Shown here one piece after another: positions 31,521 to 42,308 of a DNA stretch of 64,000 nucleotides. Source of the DNA: an uncultured Methanoregulaceae archaeon. Lineage in GTDB: Archaea; Halobacteriota; Methanomicrobia; Methanomicrobiales; Methanospirillaceae. The notes beneath the pieces are model-generated. The model saw only the letters and a program-made list of their open reading frames with translations, did not search any database and was not told where the DNA came from. Position 1 is the stretch's first letter, and each line of letters starts with the position of its first letter. Where the stretch lies: NCBI GenBank assembly GCA_963705255.1, contig OY970061.1, forward strand, positions 2,272,001 through 2,336,000, in the 5' to 3' direction. Both the position numbers and the translations under genes were made by a program.

Positions 31521-33199
31521 ATGAACTGGCTCTGTATACGCTGCCTCCCTGTGCTCATCCTTTTTTGCCTGTGCGTGACGCACGCGGGAGCGGCAGTCCG
31601 GATCGCTGAGTTCTGTCCCGATCCTTATCTTCATGATGATGCTGATGAGTATATCGTCCTTTCCGGGACCGGGGCGCTTGACGGTATCACGGTTTCTGAC
31701 GGGAGGGGAGGGTTCCGGTTCCCGGCCGGAGTAAAAATCGACGGCAGCCTCACGGTGGCCCGGAGCGGGAAGGCGTTCGAGCAGAGCCATGGCAGACCCC
31801 GGATTTTGAATGGCTGGACACGTCCCCGGATATTCCGGACGTGATAAGCGGGGATACCCTCCGCATGGCGAACACCCGTGGCGCGCTGATGCTGTACGAG
31901 AACGGGAACCTTGTGCAGAAAGTCAGCTGGCCGGGGGACGTGAAACCGCGCGAAGGGCAGGTCCACTTCCTCGAAAACGGGCGGTGGGATCCCCGCCCCC
32001 TCATGATCGGCCAGTCACGGTTTTCTCCTGCGGTCTTCCGGAACGTCTCGGTGACAGCATTCGTCTCCCCGGACTGTTCTGACGGGCTGTTCGCTTATGT
32101 CGTGAACAATGCCACAAAGGAGATCCTGCTCAACGTGTACGAGTTCTCAAGCCCGGCGATGGGGGAGACTCTCATGGCGGCGCATAACCGTGGTGCTGAC
32201 GTGCAGGTCCTCGTTGAAGGCGGGCCGGTGGGCGGGATTTTGCCCGAAGAAAAAGATGCCCTCTGGCAGATGAACCGGAGCGGGATCCCGGTCTCTGCGA
32301 TGGTCTCTTCAAAGGACGTGCACGCCCCGTACCGCTACGACCATGCAAAATATGCCGTCATTGACCGGAGGGCGGTCCTGCTGACGAGCGAGAATTTCAA
32401 ATTCAGCGGGTTTGCGGAAACGGGGACGACCGGCAACAGGGGGTGGGGTGTCTACCTTGAGGACCCGGCGCTGGCCGGCTATTTCTCAACCGTTTTCCTG
32501 ACGGATATGAAAAGCCCGTCAGTTGTTTCCTATAGCGGGGCAGCCGGAAATCCGGAATCGCCCTCGACCGTCAAATATGCCGCTGAGTTCGCGCCCCGGA
32601 CGTTCGATAATGCCACGGTCGTCCCGGTCCTTGCGCCCGATACAAGCGGCCAGATCGCGGACCTGATTAACTCGGCAGAAGTGAGCATCGAGATCGAGGA
32701 GGCGTACATAACCAATGAGACCCCCCTCGCCCTGAACCCGTACCTGTCCGCCGCCATCAATGCCTCGCGGCGTGGCGTCCGTGTCAGGGTACTGCTGGAC
32801 TCGTACTGGTATAACGTTGATGGCCGGAACGACAACGACGAGATGGTTGCGCTTATCAACCGTATCGGCGCCGCTGAACATATCCCCCTGGAAGCCCGGT
32901 GTGCAGACCTCGATACCAACCGGATCGAAAAGATCCATAACAAGGGGGTCATTGTCGACGGCCGGAACGTCCTGGTGAGCAGCATCAACTGGAACAGCAA
33001 CTCGCCTAATTTCAACCGCGAGGCCGGCGTCATCATCGACCATCCCGCCGTGGCGCAGTACTTCCTCGGTGTATTCGAGGACGACTGGAACCCGTCCGTG
33101 AAATCACCGGGAATAAAAACCGATCATCTCAAAATTGCTGCGGCTGTACTGGTCATCGCGGTCCTGCTGATGATCTGGTACCGCCGGCACCGGGTATGA
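31521..33199 (+). CDS. Secreted, membrane-anchored phospholipase D-family protein (frameshift ~31800)
   Basis: Signal peptide; lamin-tail-like IAEFCPDP...DEYIVL; two HKD motifs (HAKYAVID, HNKGVIVD); C-terminal TM. Confidence 0.85.
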
Positions 33200-33252
33200 C
33201 AAGCTTCACGGACCACGGATAGCTGGGGTAATTTTTTTAAAAGAGCCGTAAT

Positions 33253-33561
33253 TCAGAACCTTTTGAGTGCGCACTGGCACACATCGCATAAGTTGATGTC
33301 GCTCTCACCGGTTACTACGGCCATTGCCCAGCGGTCGATGATACTGTCGAGTTCGGAAGATATCTGTACTTCCCCTGCTCCCCGCTTCCTGCTGATGTAC
33401 TGGGACACTGCGGCCCGGGTAACGCCAAGCCTTCTTGCGGCATCGCTCTGGCTGAGCCCCTGCCTCTGGACCAGCCGGAATACCATCTCCGCTCTCATCG
33501 GGGGCAGAAGGTTCCGGACCATGGTGTCACAGTGCATCAGGGTACAGGTATGCTTCATCAT
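33253..33561 (-). CDS. HTH transcriptional regulator with Cys-rich ends
   Basis: LLPPMRAEMV...GLSQSDAARRLGVTRAAVSQYISRKRG...CDVC. Confidence 0.88.
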   Translation of the reverse strand: MMKHTCTLMHCDTMVRNLLPPMRAEMVFRLVQRQGLSQSDAARRLGVTRAAVSQYISRKRGAGEVQISSELDSIIDRWAMAVVTGESDINLCDVCQCALKRF

Positions 33562-33803
33562 ACGCACGCCGGTTGCAGCTTTCCCGTCTCGGCAGGTCTC
33601 TGCTGGTAGATGATCTGTCTGGCGTCGCGGAAATTGAACTTCTCGATGATGAGCTGGTGCTCTTTGAGTTTTTTCAGGGCATATCGCACGGTCCGCGGCG
33701 CGAGGTGGCTCTTCTGCACGAGGTCCTTGTGGGTCATCGCGCCACCGGCATCCAGGATCTCAAGCACCGTCTTTGAGGAGGGTGGTAAGGTTGTAGGATA
33801 CAT
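33558..33803 (-). CDS. Small winged-helix DNA-binding protein
   Basis: LPPSSKTVL...THKDL...LAPRTVRYALKKL...FNFRDARQ. Confidence 0.88.
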   Translation of the reverse strand: MYPTTLPPSSKTVLEILDAGGAMTHKDLVQKSHLAPRTVRYALKKLKEHQLIIEKFNFRDARQIIYQQRPAETGKLQPACV

Positions 33804-33809
33804 GATAAA

Positions 33810-33828
33810 ATGTTAACACTGTTAACAT
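33810..33828. promoter_or_regulatory. Perfect palindrome, candidate operator in a divergent promoter
   Basis: ATGTTAACA-C-TGTTAACAT, 6 bp upstream of the wHTH start; TTTAAA at 33845-33850. Confidence 0.6.
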
Positions 33829-33872
33829 ATCAATCTGTCGGTAATTTAAACCCGGGTCCTCAATACACGATC

Positions 33873-34244
33873 ATGTTCGTGCGCCAGGAACGGATAGCAG
33901 CGCTGCTTCTGGTCGGTGTTGCAGTCGTGGTGATCGGGGTCCACCTGGTACTGGATTCTGTCGGGAAACAACCCTTTGCCCGGATGTTCACCAATGCCTC
34001 TGCGGACGGGGAACTTGTCTATGCCGAAGGTACCGTCAGCCAGGCCACCCTTACCCGGAGCGGCGGGCACCTGGTCCTGAGCCTAGACGAGGTGACGGTT
34101 TTTGTACCTGCACAGGCTGCGGAAGGGCTGACCGTGCACAAAGGGGACCGGATATCGGTGTACGGGACTGTCCAGTCGTACCAGGGGAAAAAAGAGATAC
34201 TCGTAAGCTCGGGCAGGGATATCCGGATTATGCCGGCGGAGTGA
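33873..34244 (+). CDS. Membrane-anchored OB-fold protein
   Basis: N-terminal TM, then VYAEGTV...GHLVL...GDRISVYGTVQSYQGKKEI. Confidence 0.8.
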   Translation: MFVRQERIAALLLVGVAVVVIGVHLVLDSVGKQPFARMFTNASADGELVYAEGTVSQATLTRSGGHLVLSLDEVTVFVPAQAAEGLTVHKGDRISVYGTVQSYQGKKEILVSSGRDIRIMPAE

Positions 34245-34305
34245 ATGATCCGGAATCGGTGCTGCCATATGAGGAACCCTGACCGGCTGGAACGGTGCCG
34301 GCGGT

Positions 34306-34904
34306 TCAACCCGCCTTCTGTTCAGGACTCCCCGCGTTCTTCTTTGCTTTTTCCTTCCCGATCGATTCAAGGGCGTTTCGTGCGGTCTCCCGGACTTCCG
34401 CATCAGGGTCCGTAAGGATTTTTGTGAGAGCGGCAGCCGCCTGTTCATCCGCGATAGCGCCGAGCGCCCACGCCGCATTCTTCCTCACCTGTTTTTTCTT
34501 GTCCTCGAGCAGTGGAATGAGCGCAGGAACAGCGGACGGGTCCATGAGTTTTCCGAGTCCCCATGCGGCCCCGGCCCTCATCCATTTTTCATCGGATTTC
34601 AGCGCGCTGATGAGGGGCCCCGCGGCGCGGCGGTCCCCGAGTTTTCCCAGGGACTTCGCTGCCAGCCACTGGACGTCGACATAAGGATCGCTGAGCGCCT
34701 CGATCAGCGGCCCGACGGCAGTGCTGTCCCCTTCGTCACCCAGGGCCTCTGCGGCACGCCAGCGATAATTGAGGTTATCGTCCTTCAGGAGGGTGATGAA
34801 CCCCCGGACCCGCAGCTTCTTCGTTCTTCAGTTCCGGCAAGCTCTTCCGGTGTTGGTTCCGGTGGAGTTCCTGCCGCAGGAACCGGTGAATCAGCGTCCC
34901 CCAT
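34306..34904 (-). CDS. HEAT/PBS-lyase repeat protein (frameshifts near the N-terminus)
   Basis: Repeats RWRAAEALG, RWLAAKSLG, RAGAAWGLG, RKNAAWALG, RETARNAL; frame is open upstream of the listed ORF to ~34820. Confidence 0.85.
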
Positions 34905-35023
34905 CCAGACTCAACAGCCACCCATACGTGGTGTCGGACTATTAATTTTTTCTCTTGATTCCCGGGCTATTTGAGAGGATCCCGCACAGGTTCCGTGCAG
35001 AAGTATGACTGCGGGCTGCCCGG

Positions 35024-35893
35024 CTATTTTTTCTCTTCCGGGAAAATTTCGAGATTTACGGAAAAGTTTTTCACAGTATGGGTGAGTGCCCCCATGCTGA
35101 TGACGTCAACCCCGCAGGCCGCATATTCCCCGATGGTGGACTCATTGATCCCGCCGGAGAGTTCGATGACTACACGGCCTCTCAGCCCTGCATCGTCAAG
35201 CGCAGCGAGCGTCTCCCGTACCTGCCCGGGTCCCATGTTATCCAAAAGAATAATATCTGCTCCGGCTGCTGCAGCGCTGAAGGCATCGCCCGGGGTCTCG
35301 ACCTCAACTTCGATCTTTTTGTAGGCCGTGCTCTTCTTCGCAGCATGTATCGCTTCTTCGAGTGGGATGAGGGCGAGGTGGTTATCCTTGATCAGGAACC
35401 CGTCGCTCAGGTTCATGCGGTGGACCTCCCCTCCCCCGATCCGGACCGCCTTCTTGTCGAGTGCCCTGATCCCGGGGCAGGTCTTACGGGTCGCTGCCAC
35501 CCGGCAGTGTGGGTTCTTCGACCTGACGATGCCGGCCATCCTGGCGGTCTGGGTGGCTATCCCGCTCATCCTGCCGATGATGTTGAGCGCGGTCCGCTCG
35601 ACAAGCAGGATCTTTTTTGCACTGCCGGTGAGCGATAGCACAATGTCTCCCGTGTTCACAACATCCCCGTCAGTTTTCCCCCGGGCGACAGAAATACCGA
35701 AATGGGAGAAGAGTGCGGACGCTTCCTCAAGCCCTGCAATGATCCCGGCCTGCTCGGCCCGGATCGCAGCCCGGCAGGTGACGTCCGGTATGATCGCGTC
35801 CGAAGTGATGTCCCCTCCCGGTGCATCTTCCTCTATAAACTTCAGCAGGTAATCGACTGAAACCATGACTGCTGCCACCGGCTTTTTCGTCAT
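35024..35893 (-). CDS. nadC: Nicotinate-nucleotide pyrophosphorylase (QPRTase)
   Basis: EDAPGGDITS, ERTALN, ATRKT, HRMNLSD, IKDNH, EVEVE, LLDNM. Confidence 0.96.
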   Translation of the reverse strand: MTKKPVAAVMVSVDYLLKFIEEDAPGGDITSDAIIPDVTCRAAIRAEQAGIIAGLEEASALFSHFGISVARGKTDGDVVNTGDIVLSLTGSAKKILLVERTALNIIGRMSGIATQTARMAGIVRSKNPHCRVAATRKTCPGIRALDKKAVRIGGGEVHRMNLSDGFLIKDNHLALIPLEEAIHAAKKSTAYKKIEVEVETPGDAFSAAAAGADIILLDNMGPGQVRETLAALDDAGLRGRVVIELSGGINESTIGEYAACGVDVISMGALTHTVKNFSVNLEIFPEEKK

Positions 35894-36648
35894 GTCCCGA
35901 GGACTATCGGGTCACTCAGTTTTTCAAGGAGCGAGAGGATGGAGAGGGCGGCAAGGTAACTCGTCGCAGGATTGTCGGGGCTCGGGAAGTTGGTCACCCG
36001 GATGTACGCCTCCCCGAAATCCCCTTCAAAGAAGAGTTCGTGCACGTTCCGGTCTACCGACGGATCGACCCAGAGCTCCACGTCGGTTTCCTGGCCGGCC
36101 GCAAGACTCATGGCAACCGAGACGTTCACATTTTTTGGGAACGCCTTGATGCACTCGTTGGCCTTGCCGCTGAAGATCCTCTTTTTTGTGTCTGCTTCAA
36201 TCCCGAGCGACGCCGGGCTCTTGGTGGTCTTGAGGAGCAGCCGGCTGATCGTGGAAATCCGCCCGACCTTGAGATTGTCGAGCCCGAAGATTGCCCCGCT
36301 GGGGACGTAGACCTTTTTTGCGGATGCCTGTGCGGCCGTACGGATCTTCTCCCTGAATTCCGCATCTGTCAGGGCGCCGACACTCATGATGACCATGTCC
36401 TTGCGGTGGGCCAGGACTTCGATCGCATAGGCCTTTGCCGCACTGACAGACGCCGCTTCTACGACAATATCAATATCTGCATTGATGAACGACCCGAAGT
36501 CCTTGCAGACCCGTGACCCTGAGATCGCCGCGATCTCCTGTGCCCGTCCGGGCACCTTATCGAATACGGCAGAGATCTCGAAGCCGCTGGCATGCGTTGC
36601 AATAATATGCCCGATATTGCCGCAGCCGAGCAGCCCGATCTTTATCAT
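35890..36648 (-). CDS. nadX: L-aspartate dehydrogenase
   Basis: GCGNIG, VEAAS, MSVGAL, PSGAIFGLD, FPKNVNV, NPATSYLAALS. Confidence 0.95.
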   Translation of the reverse strand: MIKIGLLGCGNIGHIIATHASGFEISAVFDKVPGRAQEIAAISGSRVCKDFGSFINADIDIVVEAASVSAAKAYAIEVLAHRKDMVIMSVGALTDAEFREKIRTAAQASAKKVYVPSGAIFGLDNLKVGRISTISRLLLKTTKSPASLGIEADTKKRIFSGKANECIKAFPKNVNVSVAMSLAAGQETDVELWVDPSVDRNVHELFFEGDFGEAYIRVTNFPSPDNPATSYLAALSILSLLEKLSDPIVLGT

Positions 36649-36876
36649 GGTTAACAGATTATGGGTACAATCGGTTAATGGTTGCGTTCACAACCGACTG
36701 CGTCGTGAAACCGGTTTTTTCCGGTACCCTTTGCCGGGTTGGTACTCCCTGCACCTCCGGATGGTGTCCCTCTCTCCTGAATACCTGCTGGCGGGGGCTC
36801 ACGACCGTCTGCCGGGTCGAAGTGCCAGCTTCAAGACTTTATACGCATCGCGTTCAATGGATCCGGTGGCTGTGCT

Positions 36877-38146
36877 ATGGCGACACCTTACCGGGGCAAC
36901 CCGTCAGGAAATTTTTCCGGAGAAGGGGCGATAGATTTCCTTCGCGACCGGCGGGTCTTTGTCGAGACCTACGGGTGCCGCTACAATTTCGGCGACACCG
37001 CAAAACTCGTCGAGGTCCTGAAACAGAACGGGAATGCGATCGTGGGATCAGAAGACCTGGCCGACACGATCATCATCAATACCTGCACGGTGGTCGGACC
37101 TACGGAGCGGCGGATACTGAGGCGTCTGTCGCAGTTCCGGGACCGCAACCTCTATGTTACCGGGTGCATGCCGGCGGTCCAGCTCGAGGCGATCCGGGCT
37201 GTCTGCAGTCCTGTTGTCATCCCCCCCGAATCCATCCATGAAAGCTACCGGAAGGTAAGGACCGTACCGGACGGGCCGGTCGGAATAGTCCAGATCGCCC
37301 GGGGGTGCTCGGGAACCTGCACCTACTGCATCACCCGCTCCGCACGCGGCCAGCTGAAAAGTTGCCCGGAACGGGAAATCCATGACGAGGTCCTGGCATT
37401 TGTACGGAAAGGCACACCGGAGATCCAGACTGACTGCACAGGACGTAAGTTCCTATGGCCGGGACACCGGGCGGTCGCTTCCGGAACTGTTGCACCGGAT
37501 CGGGGACCTGCCAGGGCATTACATGCTCCGGGTCGGTATGATGAACCCCGCGACCGTCAGGAGGGATCTTGACCGCCTCATTGAGGCTTTCGGAAGCGAC
37601 CATATCTTCAAATTCATCCACCTGCCGGTCCAGTCCGGGTCGGATATGGTTCTCGGGCGCATGGGTCGGGGGTATTCAGTCGCCGATTTCGAGGAGATCG
37701 TTGCCGCATTCCGTGAAACGTACCCGGAAATGACGCTGATGACCGACATGATCGTGGGGTTCTGCGGTGAAACCGATGACGACTTCAACCAGTCGCTTGA
37801 ACTCATCCGCCGTATCCGGCCGGACAAAGTGAATATCACCCGCTATTCCCCGCGCCCGTTCACCCCGGTTTTCCTGGAAAAAGATTTTCCCGACTCGGTC
37901 AAGAAGGACCGCTCGCGCAGGATGAACTCCTGTGCGGAACAGATCTACCATGAACTCAACCGGCGATACCTGAATACGACCGTGCCCTTCGTAGTGACCG
38001 AATCCGTCCGGGAGGGGTCGGTCATGGCACGATCCCCGGATTATCTCGGCATCGTGATCAACGAGGACCTGCCGATGGGCTATGAAGGGCGGGCAGTCCT
38101 GAAAAAAGCCCGGAACTATTTCTTTATCGGGGAACGGGTTGCCTGA
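36877..38146 (+). CDS. tRNA methylthiotransferase (radical SAM, e-MtaB/MiaB family; frameshift ~37427)
   Basis: ETYGC, NTCTV, VTGC, GCSGTCTYC, EIQ(L)TAQD broken by an inserted A, HLPVQSGS, C-terminal TRAM-like region. Confidence 0.9.
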
Positions 38147-38264
38147 CCTGCATGGTTATTGCCGGATGCGGGGGGGAGTCCCGATGCGGAAACGAGCGGT
38201 TTTATAGGCAGAGCATAAAACCTTCTTATCTTTTTATGAAAACCGCCGGAATGAGGGTGAAGAT

Positions 38265-38792
38265 ATGGACGAGATAGAAAAAGGCTTTGAAAAACTGATG
38301 AAGAAGATCGAGGAGCTGCAGGAAAAGAACGCGACGCTTTCTGAGAAGGTCAGGACAAATGATGCAAAACTTCTCGCGAAGATGAGTGCATCCGCGGTCC
38401 CGGTCGTAAAAATAGTCGGTCTCAATATGCTCAGGATGGGCAAGCAGGACACCAAAGGCGAGATCTACGACCCGGTGTACTACCCGCAGAAGATGATCCT
38501 GCTCGGGAAGTCCGAACCCGCCGCGTTGCGTCCCGATGACCCGTCAAAAAAAATAACCGACCAGTTCTGCGTGCTGTCGGAAGACGGGGATTTTTTCGAG
38601 CTGATGTACAGTTTTGACGGGTTCCTCACGGATTCGTATCTCAACCCGGTCGATCCGAAGACGGCGCTCGACCGGTACGGCTACGATATCCTGTTCATGC
38701 TCTACCGGGCAATGCATGACTACCTGAAGGGGGAAGAGGCACTCATTGAGGCTCTCGAAAAAGTGGTAGGATACGTTTTTGCCCGGGCATAA
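38265..38792 (+). CDS. Hypothetical protein with N-terminal coiled coil
   Basis: 175-aa ORF with typical codon usage; no family recognised. Confidence 0.75.
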   Translation: MDEIEKGFEKLMKKIEELQEKNATLSEKVRTNDAKLLAKMSASAVPVVKIVGLNMLRMGKQDTKGEIYDPVYYPQKMILLGKSEPAALRPDDPSKKITDQFCVLSEDGDFFELMYSFDGFLTDSYLNPVDPKTALDRYGYDILFMLYRAMHDYLKGEEALIEALEKVVGYVFARA

Positions 38793-38943
38793 CGGCGGAA
38801 TCCAGATCTCTATCTCATCTTTTTTCCAGAAGAACGGTGCCCTGCCCGGATGGTTCCGTATGTTCACGCGCTGCTTTTCCGTGTTCCCCCGGCGAAAGCG
38901 GACACTACGGGTTCGGGAAAGAAAAACAAAAGAAAAACCCTGA

Positions 38944-39018
38944 TGGGCCCGATGTGATTCGAACACATGACCTCCCGGTTATCGAGCCGGGCGCACCACC
39001 TGGCTATGCTACGGGCCC
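38944..39018 (-). tRNA. tRNA-Ile(GAT), anticodon loop 8 nt as assembled
   Basis: Reverse complement GGGCCCGTAGCATAGCCAGGTGGTGCGCCCGG-CTCGATAA-CCGGGAGGTCATGTGTTCGAATCACATCGGGCCCA. Confidence 0.85.
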
Positions 39019-39152
39019 AAAAGCTACTGAATTTACCCTAATATCTACTGCATCAGAGTTTTTATAGGTTGTGAATCCATGGGCAGGCTTCCGGGAACCT
39101 TCAGATAGGGATATGTGCAAAAAAACTACGATACTAGTACGGGAATGGGATC

Positions 39153-40919
39153 ATGGAACGAAGATATCTTCTCGGGAACGAAGCGATTGCACATGCCTGT
39201 CTTGAGTCGGGTGTCGACTTTGTAAGCGGCTATCCCGGTACGCCGTCATCGGAAGTGATCGATGTGCTGCGGGCCCGGCCGGACTGGTCGTATTATGTCG
39301 AATGGTCGGTGAATGAAAAAGTGGCACTGGAGAACGCCCTTGCAGCAGCATGGTGCGGCATCCGCGCACTCTGCACCATGAAGCATGTCGGGCTGAATGT
39401 GGCTGCCGATCCCCTGATGACCAGCGCGTACACCGGCGTGACCGGCGGTCTTGTGATCATGAGCGCGGACGACCCGTTTGCCCACAGTTCCCAGAACGAA
39501 CAGGACACCCGCTGCTACGCCCATTTCGCCCGGGTGCCGTGCCTCGACCCCGCAAGCATCCAGGAAGCCCATGACATGATCCGGTCCGCGTTCGAACTTT
39601 CCGAGGAGTTCGGGCTCCCGGTACTCTTCCGGCCCACGACCCGCATCTGCCATTCGAAAGGTGACGTGGAGCTGGGGCCCGCTGTCCCGGGCCTGAGGAA
39701 AGGGGAGTTCCACAAGGACCCCCGGCAATACGTCGTGATCCCTGCCCATACCCGCGTCCTCCACAAAAAACTCAACGAAAAACAGCCGGCGATCCGGAAG
39801 CGGCTCGTCGGAGCGGGTTTCAACCGGTACGAGATCCGCGGAGAGACCGCGGTCATAGCTGGCGGGATCGGGGTATCCTATGTCCGGGAACTGTTGCCAG
39901 AGGGCGTTTCCTTCATGAAGATCGGTGCGTACCCGATCGACGAGGAGTGGATGGGGGATTTTGTCAGGAAGCACGAAAAAGTCCTTGTCATCGAGGAGCT
40001 TGCCCCTGAGATCGAAGAGACGGTGCGTCAGGTCGCCGGGTGTACCCCGGTATTCGGGAAGAAGAACGGGTACGCCCCCTATGAGGGGGAGTTATCGCCC
40101 CAGGTTGTTGCGGCCATCTTGGAGAAGGCAGGATTCCTGAAAAACCCGTTCCCGCCCGCTGAACCGGTACCGGGCCTGCCGCCCCGCCCCCCGATCCTCT
40201 GTGCAGGCTGCCTGCACCGCGGGGCATTCTATGCGATAAAAAAGGTCTTCAAGGACGCGATCTATCCAAGCGATATCGGGTGCTACACGCTCGGTCTCCA
40301 GCTCGGGGTAGTCGACACCACAATCTGCATGGGCGCATCGATCACGGTCGCGAGCGGCATCGCGCACTCCGGTGAGACCCGGGACATGGTATGCACGATC
40401 GGCGACTCCACGTTCCTTCACACCGGCATCCAAGGCCTGATGAACGCCGTCTATAACGGCGCGGACATGACCGTCGTGATCCTTGACAACCGGATCACGG
40501 CGATGACCGGCCACCAGCCGAACCCGAATACCGGTGCAACGGCCTGCGGTATCGAGACGCCGCCGGTCTCGCTCGATGCCGTCTGCCGTGCGTGCGGCGT
40601 CAGGTTTGTCGAGACCGTCGATCCTTACGATATCACCGGCATGGTGAACGTGCTCCAGGAGGCAAAGAAGCGGAAGGGCGTCAGGGTCGTCATCGCCAGA
40701 CAGATGTGCGTCATCTCGGCCCGCCGGGCCGGGGTAAAACGCGGGAGGTACCTGGTTGATTCCGAAGCCTGTACCGGGTGCGGGACCTGCGTGCGATTCG
40801 GCTGTCCTGCCATCGAGTTCGAAGATGAGAAAGCCCGGATCAACGAGCTGTGCAGCGGGTGTGCGGTCTGTGCCCAGCTCTGTCCCGCGGGTGCCATTGT
40901 GCGGGAGGGGAAGCGATGA
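39153..40919 (+). CDS. iorA: Indolepyruvate:ferredoxin oxidoreductase alpha subunit
   Basis: LLGNEAIA, GYPGTPSSE, NEKVA, MKHVGLNVAAD, SSQNEQD, SDIGCYTL, GDSTF, ferredoxin C-terminus. Confidence 0.96.
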   Translation: MERRYLLGNEAIAHACLESGVDFVSGYPGTPSSEVIDVLRARPDWSYYVEWSVNEKVALENALAAAWCGIRALCTMKHVGLNVAADPLMTSAYTGVTGGLVIMSADDPFAHSSQNEQDTRCYAHFARVPCLDPASIQEAHDMIRSAFELSEEFGLPVLFRPTTRICHSKGDVELGPAVPGLRKGEFHKDPRQYVVIPAHTRVLHKKLNEKQPAIRKRLVGAGFNRYEIRGETAVIAGGIGVSYVRELLPEGVSFMKIGAYPIDEEWMGDFVRKHEKVLVIEELAPEIEETVRQVAGCTPVFGKKNGYAPYEGELSPQVVAAILEKAGFLKNPFPPAEPVPGLPPRPPILCAGCLHRGAFYAIKKVFKDAIYPSDIGCYTLGLQLGVVDTTICMGASITVASGIAHSGETRDMVCTIGDSTFLHTGIQGLMNAVYNGADMTVVILDNRITAMTGHQPNPNTGATACGIETPPVSLDAVCRACGVRFVETVDPYDITGMVNVLQEAKKRKGVRVVIARQMCVISARRAGVKRGRYLVDSEACTGCGTCVRFGCPAIEFEDEKARINELCSGCAVCAQLCPAGAIVREGKR

Positions 40920-41500
40920 GCGGCAGTTTCGATATCCTGATCGTCGGGATCGGTGGGCAGGGCACCATCCTCGCTTCGAACATCCTTGGCGAAGCCTGCC
41001 TGATCGAGGGGAGGCACGTGAAAGGTGCTGAGACCCACGGCATGGCCCAGCGCGGCGGTTCGGTGGAGAGCCACATCCGGATCGATGGGCGGTACGGCCC
41101 CCTGATCGCCCCCGGGCAGGCCGATCTCCTCATCTCGTTTGACCTCCTCGAAGCCCTCCGCTACTCGCATTACCTCAAAAGAGGCGGCAGGATCGTGGCG
41201 AACAGCCATCTCGTGCTCCCGACGTCCGTCTATACGCAGAAACTTCCGGCCCCGACTGAAGGCGAGATCATCGCGGCCCTGAAAAAGTACGATCTCTGTC
41301 TCCTCGATGCGGACAGGATCGCGACCGGGGCAGGCAGCCCGCTCTCCCAGAACGTCGTGATGCTCGGCGCCTCGTCCCGGTGGATGCCCCTGAAACCGGC
41401 AACCCTCCTTGAATCGGTCAGGCGCCTCGTCCCGAAAAAGACCGTGGAGATCAACACGAAGGCCTTCGAGATGGGCAGGGAAGCCGGCGGGACGGGCTGA
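40916..41500 (+). CDS. iorB: Indolepyruvate:ferredoxin oxidoreductase beta subunit
   Basis: GIGGQGTILAS, ETHGMAQRGGSV. Confidence 0.95.
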   Translation: MSGSFDILIVGIGGQGTILASNILGEACLIEGRHVKGAETHGMAQRGGSVESHIRIDGRYGPLIAPGQADLLISFDLLEALRYSHYLKRGGRIVANSHLVLPTSVYTQKLPAPTEGEIIAALKKYDLCLLDADRIATGAGSPLSQNVVMLGASSRWMPLKPATLLESVRRLVPKKTVEINTKAFEMGREAGGTG

Positions 41501-42228
41501 TGGAACCCCGGCTGGGTGCATTCGAAGAGGACACCCTCTACGAAGGGGACGCACTCAGGCTCATGCCGGAGATCCCGGCCGCATCCATCGATCTCATCGT
41601 CACCGATCCCCCGTTTGCAATCGATTTCAAGGCGCAGAGGCTGAATTACAACCGGACGGGGAGCAACGTGCTCGAAGGCTACCGGGAGATCCCGGAGGCC
41701 GAGTACCCGTGAGTTTACCCGACAGTGGATTGCCGAGGCCTACCGCGTGCTTTCACCCGCAGGAAGCATGTATATCTTTTCCGGCTGGAACGGCTCCGCG
41801 ACATCCTCGAAGGAGTTGACGATGCCGGGTTCACGACGGTCAACCACCTGATCTGGAAATACCAGTTCGGGGTCTTCACGAAGAAAAAATACGTCACCAG
41901 CCACTATCACATCCTGTTCGTGGCAAAGGACCCGAAACGCTACACGTTCAACAAGATCGACCATTACCCGGAAGACGTCTGGGTCATCAACCGCGAGTAC
42001 TGGAAGGGGAGGAAAAAAACCCCGACCAAACTCCCCTCCGAACTGGTGAAGAAGATCCTTTCCTATTCCAGCAACCCCGGCGACCTTGTCTTTGACCCGT
42101 TCCTCGGTTCCGGGACGGTCGCGGTTGTTGCGCACCAGTTGGGACGGCACTTTCTTGGTTTCGAGGTAGTCCCTGAGTATTGTGCCTTTGCCCGGGCAGC
42201 CCTCTCAAAAAAAGCCGGTACCCGCTGA
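41500..42228 (+). CDS. Orphan N4-C/N6-A DNA methyltransferase, beta class (indels ~41710 and ~41790)
   Basis: IDLIVTDPPF (catalytic motif) precedes DPFLGSGT (SAM motif); no restriction endonuclease adjacent. Confidence 0.88.
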
Positions 42229-42308
42229 TCTTCCCCGCACCCGGATCGCAGGATTCCATCCGGCATCAAAACGGAAAGGGCAGACTGATCCCATTAAAAA
42301 TAGACGTT

